From positions 1 to 64,000 of IMG/VR virus record IMGVR_UViG_3300000233_000006: 64,000 nt of DNA; one strand, 5' to 3'. Position 1 is the first letter of the stretch. Each line of letters begins with the position of its first letter. Position numbers and translations under genes: made by a program. Under the pieces are notes generated by a model. It ran no database searches and was not told the origin of the DNA. It saw only the letters and a list, made by a program, of their open reading frames with translations. Below, one piece after another: positions 1 to 10,123 of the stretch. The stretch is from an uncultured virus (IMG/VR IMGVR_UViG_3300000233_000006) (lineage: Duplodnaviria; Heunggongvirae; Uroviricota; Caudoviricetes).

Positions 1-86
1 CTGCGTTTATATCGGTGCAGGTGACCGTTGAACCAAGATGGTTCATGTACGTGCGTTATAATAAGATAGAGCGTACGTTCAACCTG

Positions 87-94
87 GTAATATA
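87..94 (-). promoter_or_regulatory. phiKZ-type early promoter core TATATTAC (gene lies left of the window)
   Basis: GTAATATA on the + strand in intergenic DNA; the same motif recurs upstream of about 10 minus-strand genes. Confidence 0.6.
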
Positions 95-149
95 GGTTTG
101 AAGAATAACGGAATCTAGAGAGTTATGTTAAAGCCTAACTAAGAAAAAA

Positions 150-177
150 AAAATAACCCGCCTAGGCGGGTTATTTT
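150..177. terminator. intrinsic terminator; 28-bp perfect palindrome
   Basis: aaaataacccgcctaggcgggttatttt, preceded by an A-run (U-tract on the - strand), just past the SLT stop codon. Confidence 0.8.
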
Positions 178-181
178 AAAT

Positions 182-763
182 CTAACTATACCGCTTTACG
201 GCGGTATTAAACCTCGACCAATAGGTCGAGTTATATTGTCCTCTTTTATAGGCTGTAGGGCCTACATTATAGGACAATATTGTAGACCTTAAATTACCGT
301 TGTTTAAGCGGTAATAACTCTTCAAGACAGCGATGCCCTGAAGAACATTTACCTCAGCATTCTTCAGCCTATTTCTAGGCAGTTTCCAAACGCCTGCGTT
401 GACCTGCATCAGACCAACAGAGGAACTCGATTCCGCATCCTTACGGAACGAACTCTCGATCTCTATCACCGCAAGAACCTGCGGTGCGGTCGGGAAGCCA
501 CCCGACTTGGTTTCTTTCAAAATTAGTGAAAGAAGTTCTTTAGACTCCTTATCACCCACCTTGAAAGTTTTCCTGAGAGTCTCCCTAGCCTTGACGGCTT
601 GGATCGAGTCGACTAAGGAATGACCTTGGTCAACTGGTGGAGGTGACTCCCTTAAACGAGGTGCTTCCACCCCGTTAAAAAAGTAGGTTACGGGAGAGGC
701 GAAAGCCTCTCCCGTAACGATGATGATAATCGTCATCAGAAAGAAAATTACGAATCGACTCAT
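182..763 (-). CDS. lytic transglycosylase (SLT domain) with N-terminal signal/TM segment
   Basis: Motifs IEIESSF, GLMQV and SYNVG; hydrophobic N-terminus; start moved to ATG 763 (GAGG RBS). Confidence 0.85.
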   Translation of the reverse strand: MSRFVIFFLMTIIIIVTGEAFASPVTYFFNGVEAPRLRESPPPVDQGHSLVDSIQAVKARETLRKTFKVGDKESKELLSLILKETKSGGFPTAPQVLAVIEIESSFRKDAESSSSVGLMQVNAGVWKLPRNRLKNAEVNVLQGIAVLKSYYRLNNGNLRSTILSYNVGPTAYKRGQYNSTYWSRFNTAVKRYS

Positions 764-856
764 GATAAAACCTCGTCTCGTTAAAAGGTGAGACGTACCC
801 GTGACCAATATGGTCAAATGAAATTTGTGTCTTAAGACAAACTAAACTTCGTACGA

Positions 857-864
857 GTAATATA
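857..864 (-). promoter_or_regulatory. early promoter TATATTAC upstream of the SLT gene
   Basis: Intergenic GTAATATA on the + strand. Confidence 0.65.
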
Positions 865-889
865 GGTCTGAGTAAAAATGCAATGTTGG

Positions 890-1120
890 TCAGGCGTTTA
901 GGTTTTTGTCCGATAAGTCTTCAACTCTTTGTTCCAGACCTTTGGCAAGTTTAAGTGCTTGTCGAGCGCTTTCGATGTAACGCATAGCGTCCTCGATTGA
1001 TTTTAATGCAGTTTCTGCCGCAGAAGCTGCGGCTCCATAAGCTCGTTTCGTATCTTCAACAGCTTCAGTGTATGCTACGATTCTTTTAGTTGTTTCAGCG
1101 GCTTTTTGCAATTCATTCAT
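890..1120 (-). CDS. hypothetical coiled-coil protein
   Basis: 76-aa Ala/Glu/Lys-rich helical ORF, co-oriented with neighbours. Confidence 0.7.
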   Translation of the reverse strand: MNELQKAAETTKRIVAYTEAVEDTKRAYGAAASAAETALKSIEDAMRYIESARQALKLAKGLEQRVEDLSDKNLNA

Positions 1121-1134
1121 TGGAATGGATCCTC

Positions 1135-1527
1135 TTAAATTAAAACGATTTTGACTTCGTAAGTGTTAGATACGGCGTCATAGGTAAATTTGATTTTTGA
1201 AAAATCTTTGACGTTTGTAGTGCCTAAAGATGTTTTTACCATAACGTTTTCAGGATGGTTTTTAACATCGTCATCGATTTCGTTAGGACACATATGTACC
1301 CCATTTAAACGTTCTCCTTGCTCTCGATACACAACCTTTTTGTTATGTTTTTTCTGAATTTCAGATTCGAATGTAAGAATTAACGTCGCACCAGGTTTAG
1401 TTGGGGCATTGTACATAAACGAGGCTTTATGTACAAAGACTGGACGCCAGTCACCCACTTCATAAACTGACCCTTCGACAATATCCAGGCTGATAATGTC
1501 CAGGTAGTATAGCGTGATTTGTTTCAT
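1135..1527 (-). CDS. hypothetical protein, paralog of 1524..1937
   Basis: Shared MKQITL..LDI.SL N-terminus and F.YD..SN C-terminus. Confidence 0.75.
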   Translation of the reverse strand: MKQITLYYLDIISLDIVEGSVYEVGDWRPVFVHKASFMYNAPTKPGATLILTFESEIQKKHNKKVVYREQGERLNGVHMCPNEIDDDVKNHPENVMVKTSLGTTNVKDFSKIKFTYDAVSNTYEVKIVLI

Positions 1528-1937
1528 AACGTTTCCTGATTTTCGTCGTAAAAGTAAATCATGACGTCTAAAACGTTCGATGTCTCGTCATAGAAAAAGT
1601 TAATATTTATAAAGTCCCTATCGACATCTTGATTTTTGGTTCTCAGAAGGTAATGTCTTGACGTAAAGATTTTATTTACGTCATCCAAGTCGCGCTGATG
1701 AATAAGGTGTAAAGAAAGCATCGTTTCACCACATTGTCTTAACAAATCAACTGTCCCATTTTCATGAAGCTTATTTCGAAATCGTAATGTAAGAGGCGCT
1801 CCGTTGTTTGTTTTTTCTGGTGACGTGTAGAAGAGATTTAAATTAAAGACAGGTTTTAGAATACCGTCTTTATATACTTGCGTTTCTGAAATGGTTAAAC
1901 TGACAATGTCTAAAAAACTAAGAGTGATTTGTTTCAT
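1524..1937 (-). CDS. hypothetical protein, paralog of 1135..1527
   Basis: Same shared motifs; GAGGT RBS; ATGA overlap with the next gene. Confidence 0.75.
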   Translation of the reverse strand: MKQITLSFLDIVSLTISETQVYKDGILKPVFNLNLFYTSPEKTNNGAPLTLRFRNKLHENGTVDLLRQCGETMLSLHLIHQRDLDDVNKIFTSRHYLLRTKNQDVDRDFININFFYDETSNVLDVMIYFYDENQETL

Positions 1938-1999
1938 AAAGCTGACCTCAAAAGTGATATCAAAACGGTTACATAGCGATTATGTCGTTAGATTAAAAA

Positions 2000-2035
2000 A
2001 TACAGTAAGACGGGTAAATACCCGTCTTACTGTAT
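2000..2035 (-). terminator. intrinsic terminator
   Basis: 17-bp stem atacagtaagacgggta/tacccgtcttactgtat with an adjacent A-run. Confidence 0.8.
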
Positions 2036-2046
2036 AGTGAGTGAGA

Positions 2047-2673
2047 TTATTTACGACCAAAGACGATGTAGGCGAAGTTCATAAGGTCTCCGATACCCTG
2101 GCTTGTCGAAAGCCATTTTGAAATAACGACGTCGACGTTATAGGACGTACGTTGACCTTGTTCGTCAAACATTCTCTTAATGTAATGCAAAAACACTCTT
2201 TTTTCTTGGAGAGGTAATGTTGAATACCCGAAATCTCGCGTAAAGATGTCGAGATAGTACATCGGGTTTGTTGCGCGATAACCTTTGAAAATAAATTCAA
2301 CTGTTTCTTTAAGGAAGAAAATGTGTGAGCTTGTGACGTAAGGACTTTCAACTTGGATCGTCAGCCAGTCGTAAAAGGATTCGGTTCCCAAAGACTTTTT
2401 AAATTGACGATAAAGTGTTTCTCGATCGTCGAACTCCCGAAGAATGTGTTCTCCGCTTAACCACCGTTGACCTAATTCATTCAACTTCATATTGAAGAAA
2501 AACGATTCCTTGTCTCGCGTCGATAGTACATTAGGAACACCTCCGACGACGGTGAGGATCTTGATTCTGGCTTCGTCAGAACCCCGACGCATCGAATCAT
2601 CAAGGGAACTAAACGTAAGTTCTTTCGGATCGTAAGAGAGGTAACCGGATTTAAGGATGCCTGCCTGAATCAT
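2047..2673 (-). CDS. virion structural protein (phiKZ gp91-like)
   Basis: Length and synteny after the gp90-like gene. Confidence 0.55.
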   Translation of the reverse strand: MIQAGILKSGYLSYDPKELTFSSLDDSMRRGSDEARIKILTVVGGVPNVLSTRDKESFFFNMKLNELGQRWLSGEHILREFDDRETLYRQFKKSLGTESFYDWLTIQVESPYVTSSHIFFLKETVEFIFKGYRATNPMYYLDIFTRDFGYSTLPLQEKRVFLHYIKRMFDEQGQRTSYNVDVVISKWLSTSQGIGDLMNFAYIVFGRK

Positions 2674-2675
2674 AA

Positions 2676-3599
2676 TTAATGTCCTTCTTCAATTTTAGAC
2701 ATTTCAAAATCGATATCGTCGATACGACTTTGAAGGTAGTCGATTTGTTTTTCAAGTTTAGGATCTTTTTTATCTTCGGATGCGAACTTAAGATTCATCA
2801 ACTTAAGTTCAAGGATCGTCTTTTTGTCTTTGTAGCTCTTGTATCGTGCCGCTTGCCATTCGCTAATCGCCATACGTATATGGTAGATCGGACTGTATTC
2901 AAACCCGACCAATGTGGGGGGTTTGACTGGGTCGTACGTCGATTCATCAAAAAGTTCGGCAATGTGTTTGTATTGCATAGCACTTAGAAAGACGTCGGGA
3001 ACTTTGTTGTAGTAATCCTTAAACTCTTCAGTTTCAATAGAGAAGAAACTGAAGACGACCGCGAAAACCGCGATGTTTTTCTCAATCGCATCCGATCGTT
3101 TTTTAATGAGATCGCTCGACTCATCTGACCCCATCGTCTTGAGTTCTTTACTATAGATGTAGTTAAGTAAGTCAATGGAGAAGCGAGAAGCAAAAGAAAA
3201 ATATTCGGAGGCACGCAATAACGCCGTCTTACGTGCAGTCATACCTTCTTTAAGAACGTCCGTATCGAACGCAGCTTGAAGGCGTTCTTCGAGATCCTCG
3301 GCGTTCTTGACAAAATTCTCGAAACGCGATTTTACGGTCTGAACCATATTCAGACCGTACTTGTTCTTATAGGTATTTTTAAACCCTTGAACCTGATCGA
3401 AGTTCCTGTAGAAAATTTCGGAGAGCGCCTTGACTTCACTACTCTTAATAGAGTCTTTGGATGTAAAAAAACGAGCCGCTTCGTCCCATGAAGGACGTGC
3501 AATGTTATCGATCTCTGCCCGCGTAATACGCATATCTTCAAGGATAGACGTTTTCTTGATATGCGGGATAAGTGATGACAGGAATTTTGAGATGTCCAT
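2676..3599 (-). CDS. virion head protein (phiKZ gp90-like)
   Basis: 307 aa; PIYHIRM..EWQ..RY motif; coiled-coil C-terminus; synteny. Confidence 0.65.
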   Translation of the reverse strand: MDISKFLSSLIPHIKKTSILEDMRITRAEIDNIARPSWDEAARFFTSKDSIKSSEVKALSEIFYRNFDQVQGFKNTYKNKYGLNMVQTVKSRFENFVKNAEDLEERLQAAFDTDVLKEGMTARKTALLRASEYFSFASRFSIDLLNYIYSKELKTMGSDESSDLIKKRSDAIEKNIAVFAVVFSFFSIETEEFKDYYNKVPDVFLSAMQYKHIAELFDESTYDPVKPPTLVGFEYSPIYHIRMAISEWQAARYKSYKDKKTILELKLMNLKFASEDKKDPKLEKQIDYLQSRIDDIDFEMSKIEEGH

Positions 3600-3663
3600 T
3601 TTCGATCCTCGAAACGATTAAACAGGTTGCTAATATGAAAGTCATAAGATCTCGCTTAAAAGA

Positions 3664-3849
3664 TCACGCTTCCTTTAATCTTTCTTTGGCGGCGTGAGTC
3701 AATACGTCGTCTATAGATGAGATATGGCTTTTAACATAACCTTCTTCGTCCGCATAAAAAATCGTTATCGCGCGCGTTGAAGAGGTGTATTCAAAAGTCA
3801 ATACGGTATTTCCTTCACCTACAAAAAGGTCTTCTTTTAAAATAATCAT
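3664..3849 (-). CDS. hypothetical protein
   Basis: 61 aa with GGAG RBS. Confidence 0.55.
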   Translation of the reverse strand: MIILKEDLFVGEGNTVLTFEYTSSTRAITIFYADEEGYVKSHISSIDDVLTHAAKERLKEA

Positions 3850-3927
3850 AAAAACTCCAAATTTTGAGAAAGATTTTATACTCCATAAGAGTTACTCTTA
3901 CTCAGTCATAGTCGAGCAAATTTCGAA

Positions 3928-3962
3928 AGTACGTTTAGACGGATAATCCGTCTAAACGTACT
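3928..3962. terminator. long-stem hairpin / terminator
   Basis: agtacgtttagacggat-a-atccgtctaaacgtact. Confidence 0.75.
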
Positions 3963-3977
3963 GCCTGATGTTAAAAC

Positions 3978-4535
3978 TTAGCCGTTACGGATGCCCCAGA
4001 GCCCGTCTTCAAGTAGGCTCACTTGACAAAACATACTATCGAAGCTTCCGAAAATAGTTAAGTTCGAGCCGTCTTCTCCAAAATCAGTGTCTTCGATTGA
4101 CATTACACTTAGCAAGGAGGTCGCTTCACTTGTAGATAGCATGATGTATTTGTCTCTGGCGACTTCGTTCTCGTTATCGAGAGTAGCTTGAACAATCGCG
4201 ATGATTTCTTCGTTGTCCCGATCTTCTTGAAGTTCGACGTTAGCCGACTTTAGGAAACCGTTTAAAAATTCGTCCGCGTTTTCTTTGAGTGTTTCGGTCA
4301 ATGCCTCAGTCAATTTAGAGAGGAGTTGGGTCTTCCTTTCTTGATTTATCTTGCTTATGAAGTATTCAAAAGGATACGTCCTTTTTGCAGAATTACCTTC
4401 TTCATCGGTAAATTCGAGTTCAATCGTTGTTTCACCAGTCTCTTGACTAACGAAACGTCTTATGGTATTGAAATCGTAATTACCAAGGACCAGGGTATCA
4501 ACGATTTCACATAATTCTCTTTTTAAGCCATCCAT
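3978..4535 (-). CDS. hypothetical acidic early protein, distant paralog of 46912..47382
   Basis: Start moved to ATG 4535 (GAGGTGG RBS); early promoter upstream. Confidence 0.7.
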   Translation of the reverse strand: MDGLKRELCEIVDTLVLGNYDFNTIRRFVSQETGETTIELEFTDEEGNSAKRTYPFEYFISKINQERKTQLLSKLTEALTETLKENADEFLNGFLKSANVELQEDRDNEEIIAIVQATLDNENEVARDKYIMLSTSEATSLLSVMSIEDTDFGEDGSNLTIFGSFDSMFCQVSLLEDGLWGIRNG

Positions 4536-4575
4536 AAACCACCTCGTTTTGACTGACCCAACATGGATCACATAG

Positions 4576-4583
4576 GTAATATA
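4576..4583 (-). promoter_or_regulatory. early promoter TATATTAC
   Basis: GTAATATA about 40 bp upstream of ATG 4535. Confidence 0.65.
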
Positions 4584-4653
4584 GTTTTGTAAAAATTTAC
4601 CTTATATTTAGATAAAAATGTAATAAAGTGAAGTGCGTAACAAATGTCATAGA

Positions 4654-4685
4654 TACACCAGTCGCTACGTTCAGCGACTGGTGTA
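4654..4685 (-). terminator. terminator hairpin
   Basis: tacaccagtcgct...agcgactggtgta after the gp89-like stop. Confidence 0.7.
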
Positions 4686-4698
4686 GTATGGTGATTAA

Positions 4699-5904
4699 TT
4701 AAAACGAAGGTGCTGAACCCATAGATAGAGATTTAAGGATATCGACGATATCCGGACCTTTACCTTGTGAAGCTTGCTTAAGATCTTTAACGCTCACGGT
4801 TGAACCGGCACTAATACCGCGCGTATAGAACGTCACACGTTCCCATTCGCGATCAACCACGGCAATGATCATGGCGTACGTGTTTTTAAACAGTCTGTCG
4901 CGAACGGTTTTATTTGACATCTTACCAGACATCTTACGTTCAATGTTCTTAGCATCTTCTTCAGTGATGATGAAAATGTTTGATGAGGTTGCTAGGGACG
5001 GGTTGTTTGACAAAAACCCATAGCCTTTATTACGTTTCACGCGATTTAGAATTTCGGTATAAATACCGTCCTCATCTTTGATCATGAACTTACGATGTTC
5101 GTCGATAAGATCTTGCGCAAAAATCAAATCCTGAATCAAACGGATGCGACCGGAACGCCACGCGTGCCAGCGTTCAATAAAACTTTCTTCATCGGTTTTA
5201 ACAGCCAGAAGACGCGCGATCGATTCGCCGGTCATACTGGCTGTGGCAAGACGTACGGCGATAGGTACCTCAACCTCTTTTTCGTCAATCGTAATTTTAA
5301 CTGCGATAAGCTTACCAACTGAAAGATTACTGGTTTCAATGATGTTCTTTAGGTTATCACGATGATGGATAAGACTATCGGCATCGGACCGGAGTGCACC
5401 ATCCTCAACGTCGACAGGGTCATACATATTGACCCTATCACTTACGCTTTCAAGCGCTACTTTCTTTTCTTGACGAATACGGCGTACTTCAGATTCCAAG
5501 GCAAGCTGATTACCTGGTGTAGGAAGACGATATTTAAACGATTCTTCGTGACGAAGATGGTAACCCGGCATCGACTCGGTAATCACGGTAATGTCGTTAA
5601 ACTGACGATTCGGATTAAGCTTGTCAAGGATGCGTATAACCCTGGCGCTATCGACTGAACCTACGATAGATATGGCTTGAAGATAGTACGCCGCAAATAG
5701 ACTTAAGAGCGATTGCAGGACATCAGGTGTATAGCTCAAGGTTAGGCAATCCTTTGATATGACCGTCAAAGGTTCAACGCTTGCAGCCTGACCAACCTCG
5801 TTCAAAGAACGCGTTTCAAGATTACGAACGGCACGGTATATGTTCGAAGGAACGTCTCCTACAGAAGCAAATAGGTGCTGGAATGCATCGGTTAATGTTG
5901 CCAT
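4699..5904 (-). CDS. virion head/inner-body protein (phiKZ gp89-like)
   Basis: ALES protease-type sites; AIVDREWERVTFYTRG-like motif; synteny; start moved to ATG 5904. Confidence 0.7.
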   Translation of the reverse strand: MATLTDAFQHLFASVGDVPSNIYRAVRNLETRSLNEVGQAASVEPLTVISKDCLTLSYTPDVLQSLLSLFAAYYLQAISIVGSVDSARVIRILDKLNPNRQFNDITVITESMPGYHLRHEESFKYRLPTPGNQLALESEVRRIRQEKKVALESVSDRVNMYDPVDVEDGALRSDADSLIHHRDNLKNIIETSNLSVGKLIAVKITIDEKEVEVPIAVRLATASMTGESIARLLAVKTDEESFIERWHAWRSGRIRLIQDLIFAQDLIDEHRKFMIKDEDGIYTEILNRVKRNKGYGFLSNNPSLATSSNIFIITEEDAKNIERKMSGKMSNKTVRDRLFKNTYAMIIAVVDREWERVTFYTRGISAGSTVSVKDLKQASQGKGPDIVDILKSLSMGSAPSF

Positions 5905-5936
5905 AATGTCGACCTCTAGAGAAGGAGAAAATAAAA

Positions 5937-7127
5937 ATGAGTAGTATCGTAAGTCATACTTTAGATAAGTATTTCGAATCAACACCTATAGGATCAGTGG
6001 CTAAGGCGATCGGTAACACCCTTTACGGAATCGACCATCGACTAACGCCTTCCGCCGTTCCTTCAAACGTCGACCAATACGGTTATACCTTCTTTGTACG
6101 ACCTCAGTTAAACTTAACTGAAGGTAACTGCCGTATGGATCGAAAGTTCTTCCAAATCCTTAATGATAACTATACATCCATTCAGACGTACGCGCGCTCG
6201 ATCCTAGATCCTCGACTTGAAAACGGGTATAAAAACCCCGTAGCCTTTGGTTTCGGTGATCAGACCGATATCATCAAGAGAACCATCGCAGGCGTGAAAT
6301 GTCCTTTGGTTCAGAATGAAAATCCTTTTATACCTGTGCTCACTAATCAGCTCAGATCGGTTTCTGGATGGCCGGATATTACCTTACCGACTTTCACGAC
6401 GCCTCAAGGCATCTATAATGAAGAAATGGTGCTTGGTGATGGAATCGTTTCGAATTATAGTTCGTTTGATATTACGGCAACGTTCAGAAACACTCGTGGA
6501 GACCCTATCGTCTATATGTTCTACGTTTGGATGAATTATATCGCGAATGTCTTTGAAGGTAAAATGATGCCGTATGCAGACTTCATCATTGAAAATGAGA
6601 TCGATTACAATACACGAATCTATCGCTTCGATCTTGATCGCGAACGCAGGTTTGTTACAAAGGTTGCTGCAACAGGGGCGTCGATACCTACGGCACTAAG
6701 CGTTGGTCAGTTTTTTGATTACAATTCTGAACGCCCGTATAACGACCAGACAAAAGAAATTTCGATACGGTTTTCATCTATGGGCGCGCTTTACATGGAT
6801 GAAATCTTACTCAATGAATTCAACCGGACAGTCAATATTTTTAACCCTTCGATGCGCGTAGTGAACGGTTATGACGGTCGCATTCCTTTAACCGATCCGA
6901 GTAATATACTCCCTAATAAAATGGTTAAAATACCATGGGAGCTTCTTACAATTTTTAATAATCGAGGTATTCCTCGTATTAACCTTAAGACGTTTGAATT
7001 CGAATGGTGGATAGAAAAAGATGTCTACTTAGCGCGTTTGGCGGACTATAAGAAAAATGGGATTACGAAATCAATTTATGTCGGACCTCATGCCGATTCG
7101 TATTATCTTGGAAGTTACGGAGCTTAA
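5937..7127 (+). CDS. virion tail/baseplate protein (phiKZ gp88-like)
   Basis: GYTFFVRPQLNL, SGWPD and IDYNTRIYRF motifs; synteny. Confidence 0.7.
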   Translation: MSSIVSHTLDKYFESTPIGSVAKAIGNTLYGIDHRLTPSAVPSNVDQYGYTFFVRPQLNLTEGNCRMDRKFFQILNDNYTSIQTYARSILDPRLENGYKNPVAFGFGDQTDIIKRTIAGVKCPLVQNENPFIPVLTNQLRSVSGWPDITLPTFTTPQGIYNEEMVLGDGIVSNYSSFDITATFRNTRGDPIVYMFYVWMNYIANVFEGKMMPYADFIIENEIDYNTRIYRFDLDRERRFVTKVAATGASIPTALSVGQFFDYNSERPYNDQTKEISIRFSSMGALYMDEILLNEFNRTVNIFNPSMRVVNGYDGRIPLTDPSNILPNKMVKIPWELLTIFNNRGIPRINLKTFEFEWWIEKDVYLARLADYKKNGITKSIYVGPHADSYYLGSYGA

Positions 7128-7130
7128 ATC

Positions 7131-10085
7131 ATGCCAGAGATTAATGAATATACTAATGTTTCGATTAGAGAACTTTTAGGCGATCTGCGAACCTATCGTT
7201 TTGACCCAAGTCGTATCCAACGTCTTTCATTGGATTATCTTGAACGTATCACGAACGGCCAGGTCGATATTATCGACCCCACAAATCCGTTTATTTACTT
7301 ACTTGAAATGTCTTCGGTTCACACGGCACTTGCTATTTCAGAAAGCGAGTACTTTTTGCGTAAGCAGTATCCGGCACTTGCCCAGACGCCTTCGGATCTT
7401 TATCGTCATATGTCTGACTTTGATTACGCTGGACGTTTTTCAACACCAAGTACGGCGTACTTTAAAATTCTCTGTGAGATGACAAGTACACTTAACAACA
7501 TGGTTCAAGAACCGTCTAAGGGACGTAAACGTATCACGATCGGGCGTGATAGCGTCATTAACGCGGGACCTGCAAAATTTATGACATTGTATCCGATCGA
7601 CATCTTAGATTACGATGTGGGTGGTCTTCGTGTCGAATATGACATCGCGATCAAATCGCCTGTTTACGACTTACCTTCGTACATTATCGAACATGACATT
7701 GTTCGCGATCAATCGGGTCGCTCCTGGATCGTATTTACTATCCCAACCAACCAAATCGAAATCGTAAGTGATTATAGCGTGGTCGAAAAGACGTCGGTCT
7801 ACCGTCGTGACATCGCGTTTAAAGACCAGTTTTATTACGCGCGTGTCTTTTATCGTAAGGCCGCTTCACGAGATCCTTGGATCGAAATGAAAACAACGCA
7901 CAGTGATCAAGTTTTCGATACCCTGATCCCTACCGCACTTTTTCAACTACTTGAAAATACGTTACGCGTAACAATACCTTACAACTATGTCCTTGACGGA
8001 CTGGTGAGTGGGGAAGTACGTGTCGACATTTATACGACGCAGGGCGATCTCGTTATGCCACTTCAAATGGTCAACCCTGATACGATTCGGTATGATTTTA
8101 ACGTGACCGATGTTATTCAGGACGATACGACATTTACTTCACCGATGATACGTGTTCCTTTAATCGCCGCCTCGTCAGACATTACGAGTGGAGGTAAGAA
8201 CGTCAAAGGTTTCGACGAACTTCGAAGCGAAGTTCTCGATAATGCGATCGGTAGTTATAAATTACCGATTACCGAAACGCAAATCGTTAACTTTCTTAAT
8301 GATCGAAATTACGTCTTGACGCATAACGTCGACGTCGTCACCGACCGTTATTTCATCGCTTCAAAAACACTCCCTAAGCCACGTAACGACACGCTCGTAT
8401 CGTCTGCCGTTATTACCTCAGGATCTCTTTATACGTCCATTGACGATTTAAGACAACAGGCGTTACTTAAACAGAATATAAATAACATCGTTATTCCGTC
8501 AAACACGCTATTTCTTGATGATCTCGGAACGTTGAAAATCGTACCTGAAAATGAAGTGAATAATCTTAAGCAACTAAAGATTATTAATCCATTAGGATTT
8601 TCTGAAGTTGCTAATTTAAAGACGTATCTTTTCACACCCTTTTACTACGTCCTTGACTTTTCGGACGATTTCTTTAAGCTTAATGCTTTCGAGCTTGATT
8701 TACCTAAAAACGAATTTACGAGTTTTAGGTATCATTCGACAAGCTATCGCGGTACGATGACAACTCAAAACTTCGCGATTGAGAAAATCGATGTTGGCTA
8801 TCGCATCATCCTAAATACAAAAGCCGATGATCTTGTTAAAGCTCTTGAAGATTCGTCTATTGATGTGCAACTCTCATTCTTACCTTACGACGATAATCAT
8901 CGCGTCTTTTTTAAAGCATCGCTTATCGGTAAAACAACCGATCAGAACCGCGTTTATGAAATCATTATTCGTACCAGTCATTTTGTAAAGAATACGATCG
9001 ACGATGCGGTTATAGAAATCACCAACGGCTTCCAGAACGACGATGAGGCTAGAGTTTTCTCTAGGCTATACCAAACCATGGATCTTGTCTATACGTCGCG
9101 TGAACGGCCGTTAGAACACGTTTTAGACTATGATCCGCTTATCGTCAACCATGACCTTGCTTCAAGAAGTTCTTTTGTGATTGTTCATGAAAAATACTAT
9201 ATTAGATTTGGTTCAAGTTTAAGGTATTTGTGGACTGAATCAAGAACACATTTCTACGGGGACGATTACGTCGTCTACGACCGTGACATTCCTTTGACCT
9301 ACAGCGAAGATGTTTACGAAACCGACCCCAGTACAGGTTCACGCTTCAGATTTACTAATGACTGTAGTATCGAATACCTAGGTATCCTTCATTACAAGGG
9401 CGATCCTGTCTTGGATGCGAACGGGTTGCCGGTCTATATCCATCGAAAAGGCGATCCTATACTGGATGCGAACGGACTACCTATCCCAGACGATCGGAAG
9501 ATTCGGCGCACGCTTGACATGACTCTTGTCGAAGCTAGCTATTTGTTTGCAACCGGTCTTGTTTACAAAGACTATAACCGTGAAGCTGTAGGTATTCTTA
9601 CAGACTATATCACAACCGACATGCCCGAATATAACAAACGTGTTCTTGAGAAGACTGAAATTATGTTCTATCCTCGAAGGAGTAAGGGCATGGTAAACGT
9701 CCTTCTTAAGGACAATACGTACACCTTTGTTCTTGCAGATCAAAAGTTCTTCATTGACTTTTATGTCAGTCGTGACGTTTATAAAAATGAAGTTCAAAAA
9801 GAACTGATTAAAGAAAAGACGATTCGCTTCCTTGTTATTTACTTTGAAGCTAAGCGTGTTTCGATAAGTGAGATCGTAAGTGAGCTTACTAAAATCCTAG
9901 GTTCGTCTATAGTATCGCTTGCCGTACGTGGACTGGGTGGGAATAAAAACTACGACGTCGTCACGGTAGACGATGTGTCTCAACTGAGTTTAAGAAAACG
10001 CCTTCGTATGGTGGATTCGGGCGACCTCATCGTCGAGGAATGCATTGACTTCAATTTCTTCACACACGAGTTAAAAAACTACTAA
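7131..10085 (+). CDS. large virion protein, probable baseplate wedge (phiKZ gp87-like)
   Basis: 984 aa; DPTNPF..LLE and duplicated HxKGDPxLDANGLP motifs; synteny. Confidence 0.7.
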   Translation: MPEINEYTNVSIRELLGDLRTYRFDPSRIQRLSLDYLERITNGQVDIIDPTNPFIYLLEMSSVHTALAISESEYFLRKQYPALAQTPSDLYRHMSDFDYAGRFSTPSTAYFKILCEMTSTLNNMVQEPSKGRKRITIGRDSVINAGPAKFMTLYPIDILDYDVGGLRVEYDIAIKSPVYDLPSYIIEHDIVRDQSGRSWIVFTIPTNQIEIVSDYSVVEKTSVYRRDIAFKDQFYYARVFYRKAASRDPWIEMKTTHSDQVFDTLIPTALFQLLENTLRVTIPYNYVLDGLVSGEVRVDIYTTQGDLVMPLQMVNPDTIRYDFNVTDVIQDDTTFTSPMIRVPLIAASSDITSGGKNVKGFDELRSEVLDNAIGSYKLPITETQIVNFLNDRNYVLTHNVDVVTDRYFIASKTLPKPRNDTLVSSAVITSGSLYTSIDDLRQQALLKQNINNIVIPSNTLFLDDLGTLKIVPENEVNNLKQLKIINPLGFSEVANLKTYLFTPFYYVLDFSDDFFKLNAFELDLPKNEFTSFRYHSTSYRGTMTTQNFAIEKIDVGYRIILNTKADDLVKALEDSSIDVQLSFLPYDDNHRVFFKASLIGKTTDQNRVYEIIIRTSHFVKNTIDDAVIEITNGFQNDDEARVFSRLYQTMDLVYTSRERPLEHVLDYDPLIVNHDLASRSSFVIVHEKYYIRFGSSLRYLWTESRTHFYGDDYVVYDRDIPLTYSEDVYETDPSTGSRFRFTNDCSIEYLGILHYKGDPVLDANGLPVYIHRKGDPILDANGLPIPDDRKIRRTLDMTLVEASYLFATGLVYKDYNREAVGILTDYITTDMPEYNKRVLEKTEIMFYPRRSKGMVNVLLKDNTYTFVLADQKFFIDFYVSRDVYKNEVQKELIKEKTIRFLVIYFEAKRVSISEIVSELTKILGSSIVSLAVRGLGGNKNYDVVTVDDVSQLSLRKRLRMVDSGDLIVEECIDFNFFTHELKNY

Positions 10086-10087
10086 GT

Positions 10088-10121
10088 TATACACCTGGGG
10101 CGTTCATGCCCCAGGTGTATA
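10088..10121. terminator. bidirectional terminator between convergent genes
   Basis: tatacacctggggc...gccccaggtgtata. Confidence 0.75.
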
Positions 10122-10123
10122 TT

